Positions 26,951-39,344 of a stretch of 64,000 nucleotides of DNA are shown here, in pieces. The notes under the pieces are model-generated. The model searched no databases. It was given only the letters and a program-made list of their open reading frames with translations, and was not told where the DNA came from. Origin of the DNA: Callorhinchus milii (lineage: Eukaryota); NCBI RefSeq assembly GCF_018977255.1, contig NW_024704805.1, positions 186,001-250,000 on the forward strand, given 5' to 3'. Both the position numbers and the translations under genes were made by a program. Position 1 is the first letter of the stretch. Each line of letters starts with the position of its first letter.

Positions 26951-29900
26951 GATAGAGAGAGACAGAGAGAGAGAGAGAGAGAGCGATGCACGAACAAGCC
27001 ATAACTCAATCTAGTTTGTGAGGGAGAGAATCCTTCCAATTGTGGTGCCCAGAATTTGACACAAGACTCAATTTAAGGCCAAACCAGCGATTTGCAAACT
27101 TAAGAACATAAAAAGTTGCTTGCGAAAGAAGACCATTCTGGCAATCAATTGACATTTGATGTCCCAAATTAATTACTGTATTGCGAGAAAATATATAGCA
27201 GAAATCTATCTAATTTTTCTGCTGTTCAAAACAATATAAATTACCTCATCATGGTCAACATTATATATTCCTTTCAGAATTAAAACACAAAATCATGCTG
27301 CTCCTCAACCTTGTCTTCTGCACATGCAACATTTACCAAATCGCTCCTTATTGTCCAGTTCCTCCATTCAGTCAATTACGTCTTACCTGAATTACTGCAA
27401 TTTTAATTTTGTATGGCTGTGACAACAACTTCACACACCAATAGTGGTCACACCAATGGCTATTAAAATAGCCGGATTATCCCACTATTTCGACTCAATA
27501 CTGCTGTTTCAGTGAAGCCCAGAAACTGGTTTGCCTTACCTACTGCGACTGATCACTGTTGGGATAGTTTCAATTTATTGCCAATCTGGATAGCCATGTC
27601 CTTTTCATTGTTCGTAGAGAATTCTGCAGCCCGTGTGCCCTCCCGCACGAGGCTCTGCACCCTCATCCTTGCCCACATCCACTGGCTTCCCATCAGACAG
27701 AGGATGCAGGTCAAGATCCTGGTCCTCACCTTCAAAACCTTCCGCGGTCTTGCACCCGCCTACCTCTCCGGCATCGGATTTTCTACCACCCTTTCGCTCC
27801 CTCTGCTCAGCGGGATCTGGCCGTTTCCATGGCCCCCTCTTTGCTCGCCTTACTGTTGGCGGTCTGGCCTTCCTCCACTCTACACCCACCTCCATAACTC
27901 CATCCCACAGTCCCTCCCTCTCGCCCACTCCCTCTTCAACTTAAAGTTCCACCTCAAGACCTGCCTCTTCGACCATGCTTTTGATCTCCTTTATTCCCGC
28001 TTGCCTTCCATCCCCACCTTCCCCGTTCCCCAGCTCGGTCCCTCTATCTCTGACTGATCAGCGCCTTGCGACATTCTCCTGACGTTAATGGTGCATTGCA
28101 AATTTAATTTTGTTGTTGTGGAATAGATCATCACAACAACAATAACAGCAACACCATCTTGTATATGTGTAGCACCTATCAACCAATAAGGTGTCTCTGA
28201 ATAATTAACAGGTCTGAGCTAGCTCTGAAACTCTGGAACACTTTTCCTCAATCCATGCTCAGTGGCTTCTGTTTTAAATCAAATCAGAAATCCTTCGTGT
28301 TCGATTGTGCCTGCGGTCAACTCGCTCTTTCTGCAGGTTCGTTGTCGTGGAATCAGGCGCTCTTGGACGCTATTCTACACGAGGGTACGGCAAATAAATC
28401 GCTTCATAAGTGCAATTTGTTGCTGTTGACGACGAAGCCACTGGACAGATGGGGCAAGTAGAGGAGTCGCGTGTAAGCAGGATAGCTGGGAGAGTGGCAG
28501 TGCATGATTTGAGTGGTACGTGAGTATTAGGATCGTGATAATCATCTGTTCTGCAAATCGAAGGCAATGTAACCTGGCATGTGTAACGGCAGTAGCAAAT
28601 TGCATATACAAGCTATTTAGTATCTTTGATGTCGGGATGATGTCGCTAGGCTGGAGTGATGGTGTTGCGGAATTTGATGGTGGCAGAAACGTTTTGATTT
28701 AATTGTATTTTATGAATGTTGCGCTGGGGAAATAATTACTTACAAATAATACAAAATACTCACCTTTTTTCTCATCTTGACTATCGACTTGTGGACCTGA
28801 AACGGGAAAGTTGTCGCCAGTTAAATATTTTGGAAGATTGAATCGGACGTTGAAGCCCTTTGACCTATTCATTCTCATTATACCATAATAGTATTTTAGA
28901 CAGAATGTGGGTGAGCCACGCATTAAGCCCAATCAGTGCTCCTTCCACTGTTGAACGTTGTATTCATAGTCAGATTGGAAGTTCATTTAAGTGGATAAGG
29001 GCTTTCTGAAGTAAAATCATATTCATGAGATAATTTTCATTTGTCCAACAGGCAGCAACCAGAAGGTGTAATTTTCACATAATCACAAGCAACCTCAGGT
29101 GAACACGGATCAATAGAGTCACAGAAATTTGCAGCAATGGCCAATAAAAGCTATTTCAACCATCTTGTCTGTTTGAGCTCTCACAGGAAACATTTCTTTC
29201 AGTACTACTGCCCACCCTTGACCCTTTAAACCTGGTCTTTTACATACTTTTCTAGAGTCACATAAATTCCCGAAATCTCAGACCATCTTTCCTTCCCTTT
29301 GTCCATCCACACAAAGCGATCGTAATGCAGCAACACAAACAAACACAAAACTTGTATTTATATGGCACCATATACAAAAGATAGCGTGCAGTTTGATCAC
29401 CTCACGTCTCTCCCAGGTTCAACGTCAATTTCTCCCACCATTAAGTGTTCCGAGATAGATAATGATATCGCATTTTAAGGTATTCATTAACGTCGTTTTT
29501 GAAAACCAGTAAGCATTTTGCCTCAACATTTGCTCCTCGTATGACATTTTGGATCCTATCTTCTCTGTGACGAAAAGAGGACCATGGAGAGAAAGGGAAA
29601 TTTGGAGATGCAATGAAAGATGGAGGAGATGAGGGCTGGGTTGATGGTAGAATTTGTTTGCGGTTGGGGCTGATGACGTCTGGAGTGAAAGGTTTGGATA
29701 GAGTGCCTGTGGACAGAGAGTGCTTAACGATATACTATGGTAAGAAGCATGGAGAAGGAGCTGGAGATAAGACGTGGGTAGGGTTGGTGTCAAGAGAGCA
29801 GGCGGTGCATCACAAATAGGAAAAGTAGGAGGTGGGTGATGATTGGGAGATAGTGACCAAAATGTGGAGGTAGAAAGAGGAGGATTACAGAGTGGGAGCG

Positions 29901-32900
29901 GAATTTGGGAATCAATGGCAGTAGAGAGGATCAAAGCGTCAGAGCTGATCACCTCCATTTTGAACTGAAGGAAATCCATAATTTCCTCACATTTGGATTT
30001 CAAGGAGAGGACGGAGTAGCGGTTTCATGTGGAGAAGGAAACCCTGGGCTGTGCTTGGCCTCCTGTATGCTCTTGGAGTTGGAGGATTGTTAAGCTGAGG
30101 CAAGAACGGAGTGGTGGCCTTGGTGCAGTCCACCAAATCTGATCATGGACAATGAGTTGGATTTGAAGAAGCAGATGTGTTTGGTGTACATGGGCCCACC
30201 TGTGAAAGCAGAACACATGCAGGATGTGAAGAGGGCAAGATATAAGATGTAAAATATAAGATGACAAGGAGTTTCAGGGATATTGATATTGTGCTAGTGT
30301 TTAACTTCTATTATTTCTAGTGGATTACATTGTTCTGCTTACGTTTCTAATCAATAAAAATTCCAATTGAGTCACTGGTATTGCTTTTGGTTTCCTCTAT
30401 TGATCTCCGTTGCTAAATCAAAAAATAATGATCATCAGACGTCATTTTTTAATAGTTATTTGGACTGACAAGGAATGCAGGATTATTCTGTCCATTAAAT
30501 TCACTTAACCTATCTTCATACCAAAGAGTATGGACTCTTGTGGAGTCCTGTAGCTCAGTGGTTAGAGCACTTGCTTTGCAAGCAAGACACCTGGGTTCAA
30601 TTCCAGGCAGGGCGAAACCTTGGGCAAGTTTCCTTACTCCACACGCCTAATACTAATCCCTCCAAAAACCCAAAACAATAATAAATTGGTCATTTTCAAT
30701 CTACGACTGTTTGTGGGACATTGCTGTGCGCAATTGGCTGCCGCGTTCGCCCACAAATATACAGTCAATTCACTTTACAGTATATTCTGTGAAGCGCTTT
30801 GGGACGTCCTCCCGACGTGAAAAGCGCTATATCAAATGCAAGGATTATTATTATTATTATAAAGAGGGGTGTTGGAAATTAATGATGGTTGAAACGAGTT
30901 CTAATTTCTACTCCAGAAGCTGTGAATTAATAAACTATATCAACAAAGATTGAAATTTAATCAAATGAAGTGACGTTATACGGCTTGAAAAAATGGCCAT
31001 TCCTTCATGGAAATTTGTGGGGTATTGCTGTGCAAAAGATGGCTGATAATTTTGCTCTACACAAACAGAATCATTCTACTTTATATGACATCCCATTAAG
31101 CACTTTCTAGCAACGCAATGAAGTGTAGTGACTGTGTCTTTTGTGGGTGAAACGCAGCAGAAATTGTGCGGGCATCATCCCACAACCAGTCGTGGATTAA
31201 GTGACCAAATTGCTGTTTTGTAAGATGACTTAATGTCTTCTACAAGACGGCGCACTCTCATTATCCCCCAAATCAGTTTTATTAATTTGTTATTTACATT
31301 GATATCAGTATTATTCTACGTATGGTTAATATTGCAGCAATTGTTCGCAGCAGTATCCCACAAACAGTCGTGGATTAAGTGACCAAATTATTATTTTTGT
31401 AAGGTAATTTGGTGTCTATCACAATACAGCGCTCTCCCCTTCACCCCCCCACTCCCCCCTGTCCCCCCACCCATCACGCATCGGTGGTCTGGAGCGTCAG
31501 CCTGGACTGTGAGCTCAGAGTCGGAGGAGGCTCGTGTGTGGTTGCGTGTGAGCGTACGTTGGGGGGTGAGTGTATTTGGGGGCGTGTGGGGTTGGGGTGT
31601 GGGGTGGGCGTTAGTACTACAACCCACATCCTCATGACTCGGAGGCGAGAGAGAACGCAAGAGAGAGACTGAGCAAGAAACGCAACCCACAAAGAAAAAT
31701 AAGCGCTCTGAAGCTGGACCCTTTTTAATTATTAATGTGTCAGTCATTTTACATCAGTTTTGTTCATTTGCTATTAACATTGATATCAATATTTCTCTGG
31801 ATATTCTTTCAATTGCGGAATAGCTTGTTGTAATAACGTTAGTATATTGAAGTTTCCACATGCTACACATTAAATGTCCAATATTAACCTGAAATTCCAG
31901 AGTTATTGAGACACACAGTCGCACGTTAACACTGTTAGTGATATAAAAACAACAACTTTACAGTTGTAATGCATCTTTCACCTCTTGAGGACGTCAGGGA
32001 TTGCGATCCGTGCTGGAGTTTGGGATCAGGGTGACGGAGGGCAGGAAGGGGAGAGGGAGCAGCCTGGACTAATGCGCGTTTGAAGGGGAGGCTGTGGAAA
32101 CGCGTTTTGAAGGAGGCAAAGGAGGGAGCGAGATGAAGTGACTGTGGGAGCTCCAGGCGTTGTGAGCAAAGGAGCTGACAGCCGATGGTGTGGCAGGACG
32201 GGCGTGGGATGCCGAGCAGGTCAGAGACTGCTGAGGGTAGGGAGCGGACAGATAATAACTGTCCTTGAGCATTTCTGTACTTTCATCAGTATCATTAAGC
32301 TGAATTCTTCATTATTGATTCAGCTAATCTATAATTGCGAGCAATACCGCTTACAATCTCAATTATAAAAAGACTATATTTAAAATATAAAATGTTCATG
32401 AATATTTAAAGCCTTGAGAAGTTATTGCCGAGGCTATAGTTATTGGTGTTAACACGCATTAAAAGTCGCACTGACAAAGATGTGAAAGATTGTAACTTGC
32501 CAACACCTGCGGCATATGAAATGAAACAGCAGATGTTCATACTTTGCGTTTCACTGAGTTCACAAACTCAATGATAAATTATGTTCTTAACATCAACCTT
32601 CAGATTCTTCAAGTCATAAAATCATGCGTATAAGAATATGACCTTAATTCAACATAATTGTTTCCAAACAATGACATATTTTGTGAAGAAATGCATATCT
32701 AAATTAATGAGGATGTCCCCTGGTTTGGCATGGAAAACTGATTCATGCATTACATTCAAAGATCTTAAAATGAATAAAAATACATTGATAAAGCTGCAGC
32801 CGTGTGTTTTGGGGCGGCCTAATTTATCTAACAATTCAAATGCAACAAATCAATTTAATGTTAATTTATATTACTGGCACGACAGTAACATTTGATATAT

Positions 32901-35718
32901 AATAGGTTACCTAAATAGAGCGCCAATATAACCACATGTATTTGTCCTGTTATTTCCTATATTTTAATTAATCTACAGAAAGAACAATAATTTGACAATG
33001 TTACAGCGGATTTCACAGTGAGGTAATGTCTCAAACAGCCTGACACAGCGGGAAGGGAGCGGGAGCTGTGCTGGGGGAGCTGAGGAAGGAGGAGAGAAAG
33101 ATGACCAAAGTCAGATGGAAGAGGAAGATTTAAGGCGGGTTTGAAAGAGTCAATGTTGAGGGGGAGAGGCTGCGGGAGGGGATGGCAGACAGCGGGGCCT
33201 GAACAGCGGGACACTGGTGAGCAGGTGGTGTGGAATTGAGCTGCCGAGGAAGCAGTCAGGCCGTGGGGTTGTGACTGATGTTTAGTGGAATGAGGCCACG
33301 CAGGGACTTAAACTCCAGGAAGAAACATACATTCAATCTTGTTCTGGCCCCAAATCCACCACCAGATCCAATTCAAGACATTTTTACGTGGAGAAGTTTG
33401 CTCGATACAGCTCTTCCCAACACAAGCAACAGACCACCCGGAACCCTGTGGGTCCTGTCCTCTCCAAACAGCCATGTGAAGCAATGCTGACAGATTGCCA
33501 TGGCTGGTGCTGGAGAGGACAAGAGCCGCAGGATCTGGATGGGTTGCAGCTTATGTAGGGAAGATCTGGGGAGTCAGGCTGACAGAGCATTTGTCAAATA
33601 ATAATAATAATAATAATATGATTACTCAATCCAAGTCTGTGTTCGACACTGCTGTGCACAATTAGATGCTGTATTTCTCTTTAAAGTCAATTTACTTGCC
33701 GATGCATCATGTGAAACTCTCTGAGTTGTCTTGAAGACAAGATCAGTCACAACAACAAATGCAAGTATTATTGTTATTTAACTCACCCGAACACACAACT
33801 GTATTATTATTATCATTATTATAACCAATTCTCGACGTCAAGAAATATTGTTTAGTACATTTGCAACAAGGGGCCAGTTAGAGTCTTGAATATGCTTCTC
33901 CTGCATGTGTTCACTTATTATTTATGTTTTTTTTCCTTTTTACTCCTCGTCATGTTTATGTTCAATATAAACATCAAAGCCGCTGAGGGTCAGAGCGGTG
34001 AAGCCATTCCCTGTCCTGTAAACCTGCGGTATTGTATCTCAGCTGTAGTTACAGTGAGGAGAGAGACACAGAGACACACACAGGCCGGCGGAGCTCTGGC
34101 AATGGTTCTGTGGATGATGGTCCCTATGTTACTGATTTAATGTATGATGCTCCAATCCTCCAGATCGATTACCGTCAACAGCAGCGGCGCAGGACCGGAA
34201 GCTTCAGCCGGTGTTTACAACACGGGGACTTGGAGCTGTACATAAACCCTATGCGTATTGGGTTCTTAATGAATGGAAAGGTTGTAAAATCTTTAGATTA
34301 ACAAGTAGAAGAAAAAACAAAAGAAATGATTTTGAAAAATGCCTAAGAGTTTGTAAATATCTTTGAAACAATCAGCATTTTCTTATCTCCGCTTCTAAAT
34401 CAATGCAGAAAAAAATCTGTTTGTGTATCGCAATCAAGAGCAAAGTGAAAATATATAATTAAATATCATGCACTGGAATGGGACAGTTACTGATGAGTTT
34501 AACTCAATCTTTCTTCATTTATTTACGTAAATCAATTTACTTTTACAAATTGCTTAAAATTTTAAATTGAAGGACATGTTCAATCCCTGTATTTATCATT
34601 CTGTGTGTCTCACGAAACAAGTGTATTTTCATTTCTCAGAGCAATGCATGTACTGAACAGGAGAAAATGGCCCCAGAAACAGCTTCACTGTAAAAGGACC
34701 AAGTTCCTCAGTGTTAGGTATTCATTGTCAATTGTAGTTCTTGGACAACAACAGTCGATCCTTTTCTTTTGGGTCAATAGATAAAGCAAAATACTAAACT
34801 CAAGATTGCAATAGATTCAGCCATTCAGTCTCCGCGCTCGGGAGCTCCATCCCTCAGTCCCCCCGACCCGCTACCTCTTTCCCCACAACTCTCTGCTTCT
34901 TTCCCTTCTGATGAAAAGCAACAGAACCCTATGCGGAAAAACAATATGTGTGTTGAAATCTTCCTTCACATGCCGGTAATACGCAAGTAATGTTCAATCA
35001 AAGAAGCTTAATAGAAATATTTTTCATAATCCTTTCAAATATTTAACTTTAATTCAAGTGCTACTGTGGTCTCCACCAACAGAAGGGAATTCAACTCAAT
35101 ACATATTACTTATTGCTGAGAAACTGCTCATATTTTTACTGTAAATTAAAACACTCCAGCAACCAAGCCAGAATATTATTTAATGCATTATCTAAAACTA
35201 TCGAAAAATTGTAAAATTCACATGACACATAATCTGCTTAGAATTACAACATTGACCAAATATTCACATTGCTCCAGGAATCACAGGCAATAACACTTCT
35301 AATAAGTTGAATTCAACATGTAAAACAGTTTTCACTATGCCACAAACGTTTTATGTATTTGCACAGCAATCCGTTTTTCAGGCACTTTTTTTATATTCGT
35401 GAATCATTGGGAAAATGATCATCCAAATATTTCCCATATTTTGATCAAAAATACAACTTTCTTTTGCCCTTTTCCCTTTTTTTCACTTTAAAATTTACCA
35501 ACACCATGAAACGCCATATACCAAATTGCAACTCAGTAAATATAACTTGATTATATTACAGGATCAGTGTGTAAAGTGGTCAGGACTAACATTGATTAAT
35601 CACCTTCCTTAATTTTTATTAATAACACAAAGTATGGTTATGTTGAAGATATATCAGAAAACATTAACTTACATGTCACCGTATGGAGAAGAAGGAAGAT
35701 GACCACTGACCGCATCAT
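13892..35718 (-). CDS. Group-B SRCR type I membrane receptor, CD163/WC1/SCART family (whole-gene model; 953 aa if the nonsense exon 19066-19395 is skipped)
   Basis: All exons have GT-AG ends and phase-1 junctions: 35718-35673, 28796-28764, 26756-26442, 23979-23728, 22982-22668, 21853-21539, 21223-20912, 20368-20054, [19395-19066], 18362-18051, 17909-17871, 17462-17355, 16745-16650, 15985-15881, 15222-15082, 14049-13892. The total without the bracketed exon is 2862 nt with no internal stop. Confidence 0.85.
14090..14370. repeat. TG-rich low-complexity tract
   Basis: (TGTC/TG)n degenerate microsatellite. Confidence 0.85.
15082..15222 (-). CDS. SRCR receptor cytoplasmic exon 3
   Basis: taacag|[21 protein letters not shown]...SLCQ|gtaaga, 141 nt. 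Confidence 0.82.
15881..15985 (-). CDS. SRCR receptor cytoplasmic exon 2
   Basis: tttcag|[35 protein letters not shown]|gtgagt, 105 nt. Confidence 0.85.
16650..16745 (-). CDS. SRCR receptor cytoplasmic exon 1
   Basis: caacag|[32 protein letters not shown]|gtacat, 96 nt. Confidence 0.85.
17355..17462 (-). CDS. SRCR receptor transmembrane exon
   Basis: [36 protein letters not shown]|gtgaga, 108 nt with a hydrophobic helix. Confidence 0.88.
17871..17909 (-). CDS. SRCR receptor Pro-rich stalk mini-exon
   Basis: ttgcag|[13 protein letters not shown]|gtaaat, 39 nt. Confidence 0.7.
18051..18362 (-). CDS. SRCR domain 8 (membrane-proximal)
   Basis: [32 protein letters not shown]...[17 protein letters not shown]...[13 protein letters not shown], 8 Cys, 312 nt. 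Confidence 0.96.
19066..19395 (-). pseudogene. SRCR domain 7 pseudo-exon
   Basis: [28 protein letters not shown]...[16 protein letters not shown]...[11 protein letters not shown] at 19319-19321, TGA at 19199-19201, plus a 15-nt in-frame insertion. Confidence 0.93.
20054..20368 (-). CDS. SRCR domain 6
   Basis: [30 protein letters not shown]...[17 protein letters not shown]...[13 protein letters not shown], 315 nt. Confidence 0.96.
20912..21223 (-). CDS. SRCR domain 5 (divergent)
   Basis: [20 protein letters not shown]...[10 protein letters not shown]...[17 protein letters not shown]...DVGVQCS, 312 nt. Confidence 0.92.
21539..21853 (-). CDS. SRCR domain 4
   Basis: [23 protein letters not shown]...[17 protein letters not shown]...RDVGVLCS, 315 nt. 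Confidence 0.95.
22668..22982 (-). CDS. SRCR domain 3
   Basis: [16 protein letters not shown]...[21 protein letters not shown]...[13 protein letters not shown]...HDVSVVCS, 315 nt. Confidence 0.95.
23728..23979 (-). CDS. SRCR domain 2, internally shortened (252 nt)
   Basis: [80 protein letters not shown]. Lacks the W-x-D...C...C segment. Confidence 0.92.
25692..26031 (-). mobile_element. Full-length tRNA-derived SINE
   Basis: Same family as 6824-7148. Confidence 0.93.
26442..26756 (-). CDS. SRCR domain 1
   Basis: [33 protein letters not shown]...[17 protein letters not shown]...[13 protein letters not shown]|gtcagt, 315 nt. Confidence 0.96.
26760..26985. repeat. (GA)n/(GTGA)n microsatellite
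   Basis: Direct inspection. Confidence 0.9.
27610..28110 (+). mobile_element. L2-clade LINE 3' end (ORF2 C-terminus plus tail)
   Basis: [12 protein letters not shown]...[34 protein letters not shown] matches the L2 ORF2 C-terminal motif. Confidence 0.88.
28764..28796 (-). CDS. SRCR receptor 33-nt exon 2
   Basis: ttcccgtttcag|GT CCA CAA GTC GAT AGT CAA GAT GAG AAA AAA G|gtgagt, phase 1-1. Confidence 0.65.
29480..30200 (-). mobile_element. Decayed L2 ORF2 linker-region fragment
   Basis: ...[12 protein letters not shown]...[17 protein letters not shown] resembles the L2 motif NPRxLFSTxNxLL...FxxFFxxKIxxI. Confidence 0.65.
30540..30860 (+). mobile_element. Full-length tRNA-derived SINE
   Basis: gtggagtcctgtagctcagtgg...tgcaaggattattattattat. 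Confidence 0.94.
31985..32235 (-). mobile_element. L2 3' fragment
   Basis: Reverse complement resembles 27780-28070 (...tcgctccctcctttgcctccttcaaaacgcg...). Confidence 0.6.
33000..33600 (-). mobile_element. L2 3' fragment
   Basis: Same L2 3'-region signature (…attgactctttcaaacccgccttaaatcttcctctt…). Confidence 0.6.
35673..35718 (-). CDS. Candidate signal-peptide exon of the SRCR receptor
   Basis: ATG ATG CGG TCA GTG GTC ATC TTC CTT CTT CTC CAT ACG GTG ACA T|gtaagt = [15 protein letters not shown], phase 1. It could alternatively be an orphan V leader. Confidence 0.55.
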
Positions 35719-36359
35719 CACAACTCGACAGTGTGATAGTGATGTGAGGGACATCAAGCGAATGCTGTCAACCACTATAGTCTTGACCCTCCAGCACCGG
35801 ACAACAGCTCACCACAAACCAATGTCTCTGTCCATATAACCAATAGATTGTTGATAGGTATAAAATGAACCATTCGCCTGACAATATTCACCAATGAGCC
35901 GTGATATTACCGTATATGGATATAATTGCCCGTCTTTTCTCTTTGATCGTGCTTCCTGAGAGACCAATGGCGGAAATGTGGCTCATGAGTTGAGATGGGC
36001 CATCAAACATCTGTGCAATGTGAGTCCAGCGGGATTACAGATACTGGGGTATGTGAGGGTGTGGGGTGTGGATCAATGTGTGTTCAGGGACCCCCAAATC
36101 TCTCTTGTGTTTTGATGGGAGACGGACGCAGAATTTGATCCACACTCTTTGCAATCTATACGTTTCCATTATGTTACATTGCATTGCATGTAATAACACG
36201 CACCAATGCTAAAGCGCCTGATCATTTAATTGAGACGTCTCAAAGCGCTTCACAGAGTACACGGTCAAGTGAAGTGACTGAATATTTTTGTGGGCAAAAC
36301 GTAGCAGACAATAGCGGTAAAATGAGGAATATGAAAAGCTGTCTTATCTTGTACGGAAC

Positions 36360-36510
36360 AGTGGAACCAGAGGACACGGCCTGCGATGAATGAGGGTAAA
36401 TGCTGAATAAATCTTCTGAAGCATTACTTCAGTGCACGAGGAGTAAACTTATGGAACAGTTTACATAGCGAGACCGTGCGGACAAATGTGCTTTATTTCA
36501 CGATCTGTTG
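36360..36510 (+). mobile_element. CR1 ORF2 C-terminal fragment
   Basis: accagaggacacggcctg...cattacttcagtgcacgaggagtaaacttatggaacagt, i.e. a TRGH...FFSxRVVNLWNSL-like motif. Confidence 0.7.
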
Positions 36511-37760
36511 GGATAGGTTTCTACAAGAAAATCATATCTCGGGACACAGTGTATGGTTTGACACAAGACATTTGAAGCGTCTGTCCGGATGGTGGAAGGC
36601 GGACTTGAAGGACCATGGTCTTTTTTATCCGAAGAAATTCTGATGCTTTTAATAAATAATAATCCTTGCATTTGATGTAGCGCTTTTCACGTCGGGAGGA
36701 CGTCCCAAAGCGCTTAAATCGCAATGCAGGTGTGTGTTGGTTTCAGTGAAACTTGCTCAAAGCCTTGTATCAAATGTGATCAGAAATACAGTTGAAAATA
36801 AAATTAATTATGTTTTCACAATCATTCATTCTCTTACTTGATCATTTTTTAAATAAAGTTTGAATGGCTATATTTAATCTCTCCTTCCTCTTTCGGGTAT
36901 TGAAAGGAAAGTGATCAATGTTGACCTTGTGAATGATCACACTGTAGGCCACCACTATAGAAGGAGGGGATGAGATGACTATGGCTCCTGTTTAAAATCG
37001 AGACAAGCTCAAGCATCAGCACATGAATAAAACTTTTAATTGAAATAAAAGCCTTGGACCCTAAGTTGACGTACACAGATATATTTTATACACAAATAAA
37101 GACAGTGAGAAGCATCTCCTAATGGTGGGCGCGGCGCCTGAGCAGCGACACAGTGAGAGTCTGTGAGTTTATTGTTGAACCTTCTCAGCCTCTGTGTCTG
37201 ATCACCAGCGGCAGAAAGCGTGGGGCCGAGAGCTGCTCAACCTCAACACAGCCTCACCCAGACCTCTCCCCAGTGAAGCGACAGGTCAAGGTTTCAGTCA
37301 TCCTGACTGTATTCACAGTGTGAATGTCTGACACACACAGTGACACTGCCACCTTCTCCCTGTGCCTTGTATAAAGCAGTAAAGATTATGAGTGCAGATC
37401 CCACAGAACGTAGTCTCAATATTTTACTGTCTGGGTGATAGTCTGTTACACGACGTGAACAGATATAAAATGCAGCCGACAAAATATTCTGTGTAAAAAG
37501 TACTTTAAGGGTATCCCAGCAAATCAAAATGCCTTCGAGACTATTACCGGTTTCCTATTGAATGTGAAACTCTTGCTCCAAATGGGGAGATGGGAGCGAG
37601 TCAACTACATCAGGCTCCACAGTTCAGTATCTGCCACTCAGAGCGGTTACAGCACAAACTTACAGAGGATGGAAACACTGCAGCGGATATTTACACTAAA
37701 CTAAAACTAGCAACACACCATGTAAAATGACAACAAGCTCCCGCACACATACACAAATGC

Positions 37761-37964
37761 ATAATAATAATAATAATAATAATAATAATCCTTGCATTTG
37801 ATATAGCGCTTTTCACGTCGGAAGGACATCTCAAAGCGCTTCACAGAACACACTGTAAAGTGAATTGACTGTAAATTTGTGGGCGAACGCGGCAGCCAAT
37901 TTCGCGCAGCAATGTCCCACAAACAGTCGTAGATTGAAAATGCCAATTTTATTATTGTTTTTGG
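37761..37964 (-). mobile_element. 5'-truncated SINE
   Basis: Body and (AAT)n tail without the tRNA head. Similar partial copies at 36652-36716, 43290-43400 and 51213-51412. Confidence 0.88.
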
Positions 37965-38509
37965 TTACACACATAAACACACACACACACACACACACAC
38001 ACAGATGACATAAACGTATGCCGCAACGTGGAAAGCCAGTTACACATCAGGTATAAAAATAAAGACATGCACAAACACAAACAGCGGCACTCAGATTACA
38101 AACACATCTCGGCCATGAATACAGATGCCTCACAGAATATAATCATATCCTGCACATCAACCGAGCAACTACAGGTGAACTGCACTGATGTGAAGCCTTC
38201 ACATTGAACCAAAACTTACATTCTCATCAACAACAAACAATTTTTTTTTAAGAATGTTTCAAAGCAAAACTCATCCAGTATCTCCTGCAGCAATATAAGT
38301 GGTTTCACAGTATAAAACATAAGATTGTGGAATCAGTTGTTGTGTGTTTACCGTTGTTGTTACCAGAGAGAGAGAGAGAGGGAGAAACAGATAGAGCGCC
38401 AACACTCATATTATGTCTCAGAGATGAGCCGCTCCTGAGCAAAGAAGCTTCACAAGAAACGAGGGATGCTGTTGGCAATCAGGCCTCCTGAGACATTGGG
38501 CAGGAGAGA

Positions 38510-38990
38510 CTGGGTGCCAGAGAAGCTCAGGGATACAGAGTCTCAGTGCAAGAGAGGCTCAGAGCTGGAGAGGCTCATAGCTGGAGAGGCTCAGGGCTGG
38601 AAAGTCTCAGGGCGGCAGCGGCTCAAGGCTGGAGAGGATTAGGGACGGAGAGGCACAGGGCTGGAGTGGCTCAGTGTTGGAGAAGCTCAGTGCTGGTGAG
38701 TCTCTGGGCTGGTGAGTCTCAGGGCTGGTGAGGCTCACGGCTGGTGAGGCTCAGAGCTGGAGAGGCTCAGTGCTGGAGAGGCTCAGGGCTGGAGAGTCTC
38801 AGGGCTGGTGAGGCTCAGGGCTGGAGTGGCTCAGAGCTAGAGAGGCTCAGGGCTGGAGAAGCTCAGTGCGGGAGAGGCTCAGAGCTGGAGAGGCTCAGAG
38901 TTGGAGAGATTCAAGGCTGAAGAGGTTCAGTGCTGGAGAGTTTCAGGGCTAGAGAATTTCAGGGCTGGATCGTCTTGGAGCTGGAGAGGC
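38510..38990. repeat. 16-bp minisatellite (GGCTCAGAGCTGGAGA)n
   Basis: Direct tandem units. Confidence 0.92.
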
Positions 38991-39344
38991 TTGTCTTTTT
39001 ATCTGTCTCTTTCAGTCGCCGTTGTTTGGAGCTACTCGTGTCTCTCCTTTTTTATTTCTGGTTTACTAACCATTTGTTCATCAGATTTTTGCCGATTTCC
39101 CCCTGTCCTAAGTGCAGTGACTGGGAAGCGCTCTCAATGTCTCGCCGCTTGGCTCCGTTGAAAGAAGCCGCTGGTTATCATTGGTTGAAGCACCAAATCT
39201 GCCAATATAGAAGCTGCTCAATTTTACCGTTATAATCTCTGGACTCAAACGATTACTGTAACTCTGTCTTTGTAACCTCCAAGACCTCTTGTCTCTACCG
39301 TTATTGAGTTTGCCCTGAATGTCCATCAGCTCCACAGTCTCTGA

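Noticed and set aside
30540-30620. tRNA-Ala(TGC)-like sequences here and at 7075-7148, 8232-8295, 41529-41595 and 62385-62456
   Set aside because: Each continues into the same ~250-bp body and (ATT)n tail and lacks a proper acceptor stem, so they are SINE heads, not tRNA genes.
33782-33805. Minus-strand GTTGTGTGTTCGG|gtgagt resembling an SRCR exon end
   Set aside because: Only about 14 nt of similarity with no remainder of the exon. It cannot be distinguished from chance, though it might be a deleted exon.
36545-36571. CACAGTG + 11 nt + ACAAGACAT, an RSS-like site
   Set aside because: Isolated, with an off-length spacer, and no adjacent V, D or J coding segment or partner RSS. Treated as a cryptic chance match.
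38510-38990. Regular short repeats suggestive of a CRISPR or switch-like array
   Set aside because: Head-to-tail units without unique spacers in a vertebrate genome. There is no constant gene downstream to support a switch region.
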